Assembly (NCBI RefSeq): GCF_030684315.1
Contig: NC_081376.1
Span: forward strand, 10,017,049 to 10,081,048
DNA length: 64,000 bases
From: Stegostoma tigrinum
Taxonomy: Eukaryota
Direction: 5' to 3'
In this document: positions 13,667 to 25,800 of the stretch, in pieces
How positions within the stretch are numbered: the first letter of the stretch is position 1
Layout: every line of letters begins with the position of its first letter
The notes under the pieces: model-generated
The model's database searches: none
Told to the model about the DNA's origin: nothing
What the model saw: only the letters and a program-made list of their open reading frames with translations
Position numbers and translations under genes: made by a program

Positions 13667-15049
13667 CTTTGGCTTGACCATCATACATAGATTGTAAAAC
13701 ATGCAGCCATTAAGGTGGGTGATTCTGATAATGTTGACCTTGACAATTGAATATTGTTTGGAGATTCTTGGTCCTGCAATTAGCTGAGGAGTTTGTCCAG
13801 TTTCCTTCAACAGTGACTTAACTAGTTATTTGTTTGCAGCAATCAGAGAGAAAACATTGTCTCTTTACCTGGACTTACAGGAACATCTAGTGGAAGTTCT
13901 CAGCTGAGCATCTACACAACACACTTTAGCCCTGTGGAACTCAAACCCCAAACTTGCACACCAATTCTCTAATGTTCAGAAACTAGTTGTTACTGTTGGT
14001 TTTTAACCCCCTCTGTCATCCCCACATGACAAATTAAATGTGATGCTCTATCATTTCATAACAAATGACAGTAAATGATCAAATATGAACACTAAATACA
14101 GTCATGAACATTTATTCTCCTGGGCTTAGTCAATATTAGGTTTTCAGCTCAGGACTCTGCTTTGACAGGATGATGTGGAGTATATTAAACCAACACTCGT
14201 CACAAGGTTCAGATCATATGTCAAGCAAATTTTATTATACCAATGGGGAGCTAATCTCAGCTGGGACACAAGAAGATTTCTCCTATGACCACAAAGGATA
14301 CAAATGTTTTGTATACCTTTTGTTCATGTTATCTCCTTCTGTCGTACGCCAATCATATCATATTACATCATGCCACATGTTCATTCACCAGCCAAATTAA
14401 AAAGTATAGTAACTGCCTTTACCAATCGCATGTAATGTGTATCTGTGGTATCAGATTAACATACCCGTTATCTGGAGGTTACAACATATTTGTTCTTTAC
14501 GAGCTCTGTCTCTCCCATTATCCTTATTTTATGTGAGTGCCTGCTGTGTGATTTATGTGGAAATCCCTTGCAGTCATCAAAAGGTTCCTTTGCCCTTATT
14601 TCTAATTGCCCAGCACTTTTCCACTGTCTCCTTGTTAATCCTTTCCACTCTAGCTGTATACTTATATTCTTCCCATACCGCACTGCACCTTTAACTATAT
14701 TTAAATTTCCAGCATTGTGGGTGATTTTTAGATTATATTGTTGAAGGAACAAACTCTGATGAAATAATCTGACATTTTGGGTCTCAAATCTTCCTCTCAA
14801 AATGTGTTATAGTTAAGTATTAACTGCAGTCTCTCTGTCCCCATTTTGGACATATGTCTTAATGTTTTGAGTACTACAATAAACAGAAAGTTCTGTCTTT
14901 AATGTGGCATATCAATTCTGATGAATGTTTAGTTTTTTTGAAGAATCTACTGATAGGTGCCTCCATCCCGCATTCATCTTCCTGGAGAAAGACAGCTCAT
15001 AATGGATGTCATTCACATCAACGGCTACTTTATATACTTAATTAAAATT

Positions 15050-15235
15050 TGAAATCACACAACACCAGGTTACGGTTTATTTGACAGGTTTATTTGAAAA
15101 CACAAGCTTTCGGAGTCTTACTCCCAGTAAGTCAGAAAATTTGTGTTTTGAAATAAACCCGTAAGACTATAACCTGGTGCTGCGTGATTTCTGACCTTGT
15201 CCACTCCAGTCCAACACCGGCACCTCCACATCATG
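15050..15235. mobile_element. Short fold-back (inverted-repeat) non-autonomous element, probably Penelope-terminus derived
   Basis: aaatcacacaacaccaggtta...ggtttatttgaaaacacaa pairs with ttgtgttttgaaataaacc...taacctggtgctgcgtgattt. Confidence 0.55.
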
Positions 15236-15239
15236 ATTA

Positions 15240-16200
15240 AAATTTGGGGATGCAAGCACTGGGTCACTTGTTATAATGCCTTTCAACACTTCAAAAGCTG
15301 TCTGGCATTTCTCAGTCCATGCTATCTTTCCTTTCTATACTCTATTAAGATTGTAGGGCAGCGTGACTACAATGTAGAAGTTTGGGGGAATCCACACATG
15401 CCCAAGAGCCTCCTGATTTCCCATGTTGGTGCAGGAATGGGGAACTGTGGTACTCCTTGTACCTTTGCAACTCTGGGCATTACTTGCTGTTGGCCTACTA
15501 TGTGTCCTAGATTGGTCATTTTATCTTGAATGCACTCATGCATCGTGAGGTTGACCACTGGGTCAGCCGACTGGACATTCTGGAAGAGAGCTCCCAGTTG
15601 ATCCAAGTGCATTTCCTGGGTAACACTTTATACCATGCATTTAGGTGACATGTCATTACCTGATTCATCAGCTTTTGAAATGTGGCTGGGGTCATGTTGA
15701 GTCCAAACAGCAAGACTCAACACTAGAATCCATCTGGTGTTACAAAGGAGGATACCTCCTTCGCAGTGGCAATCAAAGAAACCTTCCAGTACCTCCTCAG
15801 TAAATCGATGTGTGATGTAGGCTGCCTTATCCACCCAATCTACCTGTCTTCCAGCCATAGTATCATGGCTCTGGTCACTGCATTAACTTTTCACCAGTCA
15901 GTGTAGAACCTTGTGGAGCTGTCCTGTTGGGACATGAGCATAACTGAGGATCTCCAGCTACTGTTGCTAGGATCTATGAAGTGGTGCTCCAGCTCATAGT
16001 TAATCTCCTCCAGAACCTGGGCCAGCTTTTCAAGGCTTAGGCAAAAGGGATGTTGCCTTATGGGAAGATCCTCTTTCACATCTACATCATGTAAATCTAG
16101 GGATCTTGCACAAGCCACTGAATGTAGTAAGCAGGTTTGTTAAGTCTGCTCACCATTTGGCGGGTAGGTGTATGAGTATGAAGTGTAGGTTTGTTAGTTC
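15240..16200 (-). mobile_element. Decayed Ty3/Gypsy pol (reverse transcriptase region)
   Basis: HDVDVKEDLPIRQHPF..SNSSWRSSVMLM, LFGLNMTPATFQKLMNQVM and PQFPIP..EIRRLLGMCGF in successive broken ORFs. Confidence 0.85.
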
Positions 16201-17159
16201 CTCTGTATTGAGGCAACGAGAGGCATGTTTGTATGTATCAGCCTGCCTTAACATCTCATTATGTTAATCTCGCCTTATTTCCCATTCTCCGAACCACTGG
16301 ATATAAATTACATGGCAACAATTCCCAACATCAAAGTCAAGCAGTAACTTGGCACTTGCAGCTTGCCACCCGCTCCTCTGGTCTCCTATCATGGACACCA
16401 CTTACTCATACTTCACAAAATGCTCCTGGCAGAGCGACTGCATGCACCCCCTAGCTATTCGCATTGACATCAAACATGTATCACTTTGCCGCATCAATAG
16501 CGCACACTTCCAATGCACGTACAAAACAATTTTACATTGCAATGGTGCATTCCAAAATGAACTGGCATCTTTAATTACAATCCTGCTGTCAGGACACTTG
16601 TGTTTAGGGACAGGCATCCAACTCAGACATTGGACCAGGGTGGGTCTCAGGAATCCTTACTTGTTGCCTTAGTGCTCACTCACTTTGTGCCTACTTGGAT
16701 GCTCAAAGCATCTCTCCTTTGCTATGCCTTGCCTTTTTGTGCTTTGCAGAGGCAATGTTCAAAGGTTCACAATACTTCTGCCTTGACTTGTCTTTCAGCA
16801 CAGATACAATGCCAGGCATCTTATCATGGTTATCAGCAACCATCAGTCAAGGGAGTGCACATGTCGCTGTACTGCAGCAAGCTACATGAATTTAACACCT
16901 GCATCTGCACCATGTGCCAGCCATGTACGTGGCAAACATGTTGCTTACACTTCAACCAAACAACCATATGTTGAAGCCTATGGAGAACAGTCTTCAGTCA
17001 AATCAGGGAGGCAGCCTTTAGTCAGAGGTCCTGGCACCGTGAAAACAGAGGGTCCTGAGATTCTGCTGTTTTATCACCAAGCAATGCCTTTAGCTAGAAA
17101 GCATGTGCATGTCTATGTTAACCATTAAGCATATTACTGGGCTTGTCTTACAGACCAAG

Positions 17160-18095
17160 TAGAGTCATAGAATTATCCAACTCCTGCTGCTGACCAGATA
17201 AATTAATCTAGTCCCATTTGCTAGCATTTGGCTCATATCCCTCCAAACCCTTCCTTTTCATGTAACCATCCAGGTGCCTTTTAAATGTTGTAATTGCACC
17301 AGCCTCCAATACCTCATCTGGCAGCTCGTTCCATACATGCACCACCCTCCACTTGAAAAAGTTGCCCCTTAGATCCCTTTTAAATCTTTCCCCTCTCACT
17401 TTAAACCTATGCCCTCTAGTTTTGGACTTCCACACACTGGGAAAAAGATCTTGAATGTTAACCTTATCCAAGCCCTTCATGATGTTATAAACTTCCGTAT
17501 GATCACTCCTCAGCCTCCAATACTCCAGGGAAAAATGTCCAGCCTATTCAGTCTCTCTCGATAACTCAAACTCTCCAGTCATGGCAGCATCCTTGTAGAT
17601 TTTTTACAAAGCCTTTCAACTTTAACACCATCTTTCCTTTAGCAGGGCAACTAGAACTGAACACAGTGTTCTAAAAATGGCCTCACCAATGTCTTGTACA
17701 GCCGTAACATGACCTCCCAACTCCTATATTCAACGCATTGACCAATAAAGGCAAGTGTATCAAATGACTTCTTCACTGTCCTGTCTAACTGTGACTCCAC
17801 TTTCAAGGAACTACGCACCTGCACCTCCAGGTGTCTTTGTTTGGCAACACTCCCAGGACCTTACCATTAACTATATATGTCCTGCCCTGATTTGCTTTAC
17901 TAATATGCAGCACCTCGCATTTATCTAAACTAAATTCCATCTGGCACTCCTCAGCCAATTGGCCCATCTGATCAAGGTCCCATTGTACTCTGAGATAATC
18001 CCCTTCACTATCCACTATACCATCAATGTTGGTGCCATCTGCAAACATACTAACCAGACCACTTATATTCACATCCAAATCATTGACATAAATGA
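17160..18095 (-). mobile_element. CR1 LINE 3' ~0.9 kb
   Basis: ORFs with SMFADGTNI (FADD-like), QWDLDQM..CQMEFSLDKCEVLH and [28 protein letters not shown]. Confidence 0.9.
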
Positions 18096-19374
18096 TGAAA
18101 TTTTTACGAGTTGGGAGTTTAATGACATATCAGCATTCTATTCTGCAATATGTAAACCTAGCAGAACATGGGGCATAAGCATGGACTGAAGTCAGGTGCC
18201 CTCCCTTTCATTTCACCAGGGTACAATGCCTGTGGTAAAGAGTTCTGAATAAGCCAGAAAGAAGCCACCCACTTCCAAAACGTGACAAAGAAATTACTTT
18301 TGGGTGATGTCTTCGTCATCAATTATTAATTGGCAATGTTTCAGAATTAACTTGTTACTGAATATACACTTGAGGAAATCTTTCATTTTGAGGGTCCTAT
18401 TACGTATAAAAAGTAACAGTTAATTTACTGATTAAGCAGTGTAGAAATGTTGGCTAAGAAATCTCCCTTATATTACTATATTATAAATTAAGAGAAAACT
18501 ATCTTTCAGATTGCCCTTAAACCGTTGTTGCTGGAACTGAAACTGAGAAAATAAACGAAAGGAAGTCCGCTGTTATTTTAAATGAATTTTTTGTGATCAT
18601 CATTTTGAAAGGTTAGAATATCACAGGCAGTCCACTGGTAGAATTGTGGAACATTTCCAAATCATTATCGATAATGCAATGTCACCACCTATTGTCAGAA
18701 CATGAAATTAAAACAGACAGTATTTTTTGGCTAAACAGAAGTCATTGGGCCTGGCTGAGTGAATGAAATTCCATTTCTCTCCACATTCAAAATGACAGTG
18801 CTGAAAAATCCCCACCTTGCTAGTGACTTTGCTATATCAGACAATTAGCATAAGATATTTATAGTTTAAGTAATTTCTCTGCACTGGCGTTTAAAAGTTT
18901 ACAACATCAAATAATGTACCTCCAGGCTGCACACATTTCTCATGATTGGATGTGTGTTTAGTTCTCACTTACCCCGGTTGGATATTAGCAAAGATCCATG
19001 TCTGTTAGACATCAATGAGCTGATATTTCCTTCTCATTGCAGCCAAATTCCTGGTCGAATAAGAAGTTGGATCATTAATGATCATAAAAAGCAAAGTGTA
19101 AGGGGTCCGCTTTGTAACAAGTTTCCACACTTAGCATTCGAAAATAATTAGCTATTTACTTCCCTTGACCAAAGGCATTTCGAAATCAAATTATATTTAA
19201 TTGTTCTTTTTTTAAAAACACAATGAATTTACAAAGGTCTCAAACAGCAAAAGCTTCAGACATCAAAGATGAGTGTGTCAGGCAGACAGTCCTACAACTT
19301 AGTTCAAGAATCTTTTTTCGAATTGGTACTATCGAAGTCTATTTCTTATTTGTCCACAAAGTATGGGCCCTAAT

Positions 19375-20020
19375 TGCTGTTGGGATGGCAGCGATGAGCT
19401 TACCTTTATTGATCAGTGCATTGAGAACAGGAGTTGGGAGGTCACGTTGTGGCTGTACAGGGCATTGGTTTGGCTACTTTTGGAATACTACCTAAAATTC
19501 TGGTCTCTCTGCTATAGGAAGGATGTTGTAAATCTTGAAACGGTTCCGAAAAGATTTACAAGGATGTTGCCAGGGCTAGAAGGCTTGAGCTATGGGGAGA
19601 GGCTGGGTCTATTTTCTCTGGAGTGTTAGAGACTGAGGGGTGACCTTATAGAAGTTTATAAAATCATGAGGAGCATGAATAGGGTGAATAGCCAAGGTCT
19701 TTGTCCCAAGGTTGTCTTTGTCATTAGTCCAAAACTACAGGACATAGGTTTATGGTGAGAGGGGAAAGATCGAAAAGGAAGCTAAGGAGCAAATTTCCAT
19801 ACAGAAGGTGGTGCCTCTATGGAATGAGCAGCCAGAGGAAGTGATAGAGGCTGGTACAATTGCAACATTTAAAAGACATTTGGATGGCTGTATGAATAGG
19901 AAGGGTTGAGAAGGATATGGGCCAAATGTTGACAAATGGGACTAGATTAATTTATGATAGCAGGTCGCATGGATGAGTTGGACCGAAGAGTCTGTTTCCC
20001 TGTTGTATGGTTCTGTGATT
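19375..20020 (+). mobile_element. CR1 LINE 3' fragment
   Basis: [48 protein letters not shown] and standard tail. Confidence 0.9.
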
Positions 20021-20029
20021 CTACACAGG

Positions 20030-20557
20030 ACCAGAATTAGGCCATTTGGCCCATTGAATCTGCTCCACCATTTGATCAAGGCTGATATGTTTCCCAATCC
20101 AATGGTCTGCCTTCTTTGCCATAACCCTTGGTCTTCTTTACTAATCAAGAACCTATCTATCTTTGTCTTAAATGCACTTAAGGACTTGGCCTCCACAGAC
20201 TTCTGTAGCAATAAATTCCACAGATTAACCACCTCTGGCTGAAGAAATTCCTCATCCCAGATCCGTAGGGTTGTCTCTTCACTCAGAGGCTGTGTCCTTA
20301 GGTACTCATCTCTCCTACTAATGGAAATATCTTCTCCATGCCCACTGTATCCAGGACTCTCAGTATTCTGTAAATTTTGATGAGAATCCCTGCTCATCCT
20401 TCCAAACTCCATTGAAAACCCAGAGTTCCAGAGTCCTCAACCACTCCTCATATGACAAGCTCTTCATCTCAGGATCATTCTTGTACACCTTTTCTGGACC
20501 CCCTCCAAAACTGCACACAATATTCCAAATGAAGTCTGACTACTGCCTTATACAGCC
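20030..20557 (-). mobile_element. CR1 LINE 3' fragment (different subfamily), tail-to-tail with the preceding copy
   Basis: EVVNLWNLLLQKSVEAKSLSAFKTKIDRFL and tail ggagcagattcaatgggccaaatggcct. Confidence 0.8.
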
Positions 20558-21605
20558 TCAAACGCTTGTGAATGTGTTGCCAATCAGGCCTGCTGCTTTG
20601 TCCTCGATGATGTCAAGCTTCTTGAGTGTTGTTGGAGCTACACCCATCCAGGCAAGTAGGAAGTATTCCATCACACTCCTGACTTGCTCCTTGTAGATGA
20701 TGTACAGGCTTTCAGAAGTCGTAAGGTGAGTTACACGTTGCAGTATTCCTAGCCTCTGACCTGCGCTGGTAGTCACTGCATTTGTGTAGCAAGTCTAGTT
20801 GTGTTACTTGTCAGTGGTAGCCTCCAGGATGTTGATAGTGGGGGATTCATTGAATGCCAAGGGGTGAAGTTTAGATTGTCACTTAATGGAGATGGTCGTT
20901 CCCTGGCATTTGTGTGGCACAAATGTCACATCCCACTTATCAGCCTAAGCCTGCATATTGTACAGGTCTTGATGCATTTGAACAAGGAGCTGAGTTGACT
21001 GACCTTCAACAACTACAACCATCTTCCTATGGGCTAGGAATGACTCCGAACAGCAGAGAGTTTGCCCCCTGATTCCAGTTTGCTAGGGCTTCTTGATGCC
21101 ACACTTGGTTAAGTACAGGCTTGATATCAGGGGCTGACACTCTCACCGCATCTCGGGAATTCAGCTCTTTTATCCATGTTTGAACCAAGGCTGTAATGAA
21201 GTCAGGAGCTGAGTGGTCCTGGCAGAACCCAAATAAGGCACCGAAGAGCAGGTATTGCTGAGTGGTTGCTGCTTCATGGTATTGTTGATTGCCTTGCTTT
21301 TACTGATAATCGAGAGTAGACTGATGGGACAGTAATTGGTTGGGTTGGATTTGTCCCGCTTCTTGTGTGCAAGACATACCTGGGCAATTTTCCACATTGT
21401 TGAGTGGATGCCAGTGTTATAAGTGACCAGTTTGGCTAGGAGTGTGGTATATTCTGGAGCACAAGTATTCAGTACTATTGTTGAATGTTGTCAGGGTCCA
21501 TATTCTTTGTAGTATTCAATGCCTCCAATCATTTCTTGATATCTTGTGGAGTGAAGTGCATTGGCTAAAGACCATTATCTGGTCTACTGGAGACCACTGG
21601 AGGAG
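20558..21605 (-). mobile_element. Decayed LINE (CR1/L2/Crack-group), same family as 38470-40080
   Basis: WKIAQVCLAHKKRDKSNPTNYCPISLLSIISK and [40 protein letters not shown]. Confidence 0.8.
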
Positions 21606-22359
21606 ACAAGGTGTTGTTTCACACTACTTGAGCAAAGGACCTGCAGATACAATAGCCTCCTTCTGTGAAACTCTGATACTGTCTCTGACAAAGGAATTGG
21701 CTTATTGTGCTAATTTCTTTATCTTACACTCAAATGCAAATTTCTGGAAACAGATTATAGCTCTGGATTGTGTCTCACTTTCCCCGCGTCTTGTGGTTTG
21801 TTTCATTAAACACATTCCATTCTAATGTCTGGGAAGAAGTCATCTTATCTGCACTTGAAACATTAACTCTGTTTCTCTCCCAACCGATGCTGTCAGGGCT
21901 ACTGAGTTTCTCCAGTAATTTCTGCTTTTAAATAGAGAATAGTAACAGGCCTTTCAGCCCGCTGTGTCTTGTTTGACATCTTCAGCGTGGACAGTTCTTT
22001 GTTCTATTTAAATTATTTTATCCTTTGCACTCAGATTGATGCAGGTACTGTTAACTTAGGAAATGCATTTTCATCTGCTCAACAGAATCCTTCTGAAGAT
22101 TGTGTTGTGACACATTCTTTTAAAGATGGAGCAATGACTGATTCCCTTCATCCTAGCTCAGCCATGGCTAATTGTAGCATTTGTATTTAAATCCTCATTG
22201 AAGTTCTTCATCTTTCATACTTGCTTCGTTTATTTTTGTTTATGAGTATCGTTGTTTTTAAGAAAGAAAAGTGTTGTATGAACAATCCTCACAGTAGGCC
22301 ACCCTCCCACACCACACTCGCTACATCTCTGCTCAAGTCTGAACGTTGGCCCAACTTTT

Positions 22360-22800
22360 GCCTCCAGGCCGGCTAGTGACGCGCTTGCCGAGAGGCCGAG
22401 GGCTTCAGGAGGACCCGGCGGGCGGTGACGTGTTATTTGTGGGACGGCGCCGGTCCCCGGATGTACCGCGATGCCGAAAGTGAAGCGAAGCCGAAAGCCG
22501 CCTCCTGATGGCTGGGAGCTGATTGAACCCACCCTGGATGAACTGGACCAGAAAATGCGGGAGGGTGAGCCCAGAGAGGGCGCTGGGCACGGGGGCAACG
22601 GGGAATGTTATCTGCTCCGGGGTTGCAGGGGAGAGAAAGCCATCAATAGTCATCCAGGGAGGACTTGCATTTATGTAGCGCCCTTCGCGGCCCGACGACT
22701 CCGTGAAGTGTTTTGTAGCTGCCGAAACGGTTTTCGAGGTGTAGTCGCCGCTGTAAAACGGGGAAACGCGGCAGCGGGTTTGTGCATAGCAAGATCCCAC
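22360..22800 (+). promoter_or_regulatory. CpG-island promoter of BUD31
   Basis: Sharp local CpG/GC rise around the start codon; GC box GGGCGG 22420-22425 adjoining CRE-like TGACGT 22426-22431; second TGACG near 22377. Confidence 0.7.
22471..22564 (+). CDS. BUD31: BUD31 coding exon 1
   Basis: [34 protein letters not shown], donor G|gtgagc. Confidence 0.97.
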
Positions 22801-25800
22801 AAATTGCAACTCGTGCGTGATAATACCATGAGCACAAACTGCCTCTGGACGATCCCTGGACAAGAGGGGCAGAGTTAACGCTTCGAGTCCGGTATGACAC
22901 TCGTTATGCCGGACTTGGAATGTTAACTCAGTTTCCTTTTCACAGGTGCTCCCAGACCTGTTGAGTTTCTCCAGCATGAACTGTGCCTGTTGCAGATTTC
23001 CAGAATCCACTGTGTTTTCCGTCTCATTTAAATGATAATGTTTTTCGAGGGATGTACATTGACCTACGTGGATCCTGAGAATGACTTCCCTCGGGGTCAG
23101 AAAAAAAGTCAAGTTGCACGTAGCCTGGGTTCAACCTTAGACTGTAGCTGGAGAGGGAGGATGCGGTTTTGCTGTTAGCTGATGTTCAAAATGACACGAT
23201 GAACTTTCCTTAGTATCAGTACACTTGGACAGTGAAGGCCGTCACTTTAGCTGGGACAACGAGACTCTAGTAGTCCAAGCCAAACACAGACACGCACGGG
23301 AATTCCTAGAGGCATGGTTCTCAACCCGTAATGCTATCAACAAACATGTAGAATTTGACCCATATACAAATGCATTCAGATCTAAACTGGAAATGACAGT
23401 GCTCACCATAACAGACCGGACAGTATAAATTCCAAGCGGAGTAGAATAACACCGCGTCACGGAGGCCTCACCGAGCATGGTGATGAAACATCTGAATGAA
23501 AACAAGCCAGCTCAGCAAACAAGTCAACAGCGTGACCCTCAACCGAGCTACAAATCTTTGCTAAAACTTTAAATACAATCAGTGGCAAGGGAATTCAGTT
23601 TGTACCAGAGATGCTGCAGAAACAGTGAATTGAGATATCATAGATTTCTGGAGCAAAGCCTTGTACTTAGGAGTAAAGTAGCATTAGCATATTGCTGGAA
23701 TCAGCTTGCCTACTTGCCCTCAAGAATGTTCACATTGTATGATATGGAACTGGAGGATCTATGAAAAAAGTCATTTTAAAAGTGAGACATGTTTTAAAAT
23801 GTTGCAGTATTCTGAACCTTTACTGTGTTCTTTGCTCACATACAGCCAATACAACCTGTCATCAACCCTAAGCATTACCAACATTTTAAGAAAGGTGAAA
23901 TTACTAATTTTAGTTCCTTCATCAACAATGAGAAGGGTAAAAAATTTATTGTGAATACGTAGAGTGAAGAATACTTGCATCGTGGAAAGCTGGTAACTAA
24001 TAATCAAAGATCATCCAGAGGGAGAAGCTCCTACATTTGCCCTGCAGTCATCTGAAAGAAGTGTTTGTTAGATTAGATGTCACTGTTTATAAAGTTTACC
24101 AATGTTACTAGAAGACAGTATGGCTATTCATTGATATTAGGAATTGATTTGACAATTCCTTAGGTTAATACTGACTTATAATCTGAGTCCTTGCTCATTG
24201 TACCCAAAGGAAGGTTTCAATGAATCATCATTGCTATTATGGAGGTATTTAATTGCAACACAGTTTCATATTTTGAGATTCTGCTGTATTATTGCTGATT
24301 CTTTTTCTTGTAGCTGAAACTGAACCTCATGAAGGGAAGAGGAAAGTAGAATCACTGTGGCCTATCTTCAGACTCCACCACCAGCGAACACGTTACATAT
24401 TTGATCTGTTCTATAAAAGAAAGGCAATTAGCAGAGGTAAGACTTGTTATGGTAACCTTGTTGAGCTGCTGTATTGTGTGTGCAGCCACTGTGTACAGGT
24501 GTGGGCGAGATGAATACATTAGTGCAGTAGGTGTGATATTGGCTAAACAAGGCACTATGATCTGCTTTTTGTTGGTGACTTATGGCAAGTAGTTAAATAT
24601 TCCACTGCAGTTCTGATTTGAAATTTCTAGGTGGTAGAAAGGTTTTGAATGGTCAGGATGTAAACCGTTCCTTGCAGATTACACAGCCTGTGCCCAGCCA
24701 TCGCAGTCACACTATTGTAATTGGAACAGTTCCGCTTCCAGCTAATGGAGACTCTTGGAGCGTTGATACAGGCCTACTGTGTGTTCGTGACAAGATACAG
24801 GGATGATGGCTTCATTTTGTTTCTTAATCTTTACCTGATTCTTATGTGTGCTACAAATTTTATCCACTGCTTGTCAGACAAGACTGGGCATTAACCAAGG
24901 TGTGGCTTCCTCTACATTGGGGAAACCAAGCGGAGGCTTGGGGACCGCTTTGCAGAACACCTCCGCTCGGTTCGCAATAAACAACTGCACCTCCCAGTCG
25001 CAAACCATTTCCACTCCCCCTCCCATTCTTTAGATGACATGTCCATCATGGGCCTCCTGCAGTGCCACAATGATGCCACCCGAAGGTTGCAGGAACAGCA
25101 ACTCATATTCCGCTTGGGAACCCTGCAGCCCAATGGTATCAATGTGGATTTCACCAGCTTCAAAATCTTCCCTTCCCCACCGCATCCCAAAACCAGCCCA
25201 GTTCGTCCCCTCCCCCCACTGCACCACACAACCAGCCCAGCTCTTCCACTCCACCCACTGCATCCCAAAACCAGTCCAACCTGTCTCTGCCTCCCTAACC
25301 TGTTCTTCCTCTCACCCATCCCTTCCTCCCACCCCAAGCCGCACCTCCATCTCCTACCTACTAACCTCATCCGACCTCCTTGACCTGTCCATCTTCCCTG
25401 GACTGACCTATTCCCTCCCTACCTCCCCACCTATACTCTCCTCTCCACTTATCTTCTTTACTCTCCATCTTCGGTCCGCCTCCCCCTCTCTCCCTATTTA
25501 TTCCAGAACCCTCACCCCATCCCCCTCTCTGATGAAGGGTCTAGGCCCGAAACGTCAGCTTTTGTGCTCCTGAGATGCTGCTGGGCCTGCTGTGTTCATC
25601 CAGCCTCACGTTTCATTATCTTGGATTCTCTAGCATCTGCAGTTCCCATTATCATTAACCAAGGTCTGTCTCTCAGCTTGTATTGGCTGCTTCATTATTG
25701 GTGGAAATGAGAATTAAGCTGAATATTGAAGTCATAAGCAAAAGTCCCCATTTCTGACTATATAATGTGGAGATCATCATTGATGAAACAATTGTAAAAA

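Noticed and set aside
16200-17130. Cys/His-rich short ORFs next to the Gypsy fossil
   Set aside because: No consistent motif in any frame; probably decayed repeat that I cannot assign
22471-22878. 135-aa single-exon reading of BUD31
   Set aside because: Homology ends at the donor at 22564; the remainder is intron read-through
22230-23112. 122-aa and 235-aa antisense ORFs over the BUD31 start
   Set aside because: By-product of the GC-rich island and repeats; no recognisable domain and not PDAP1
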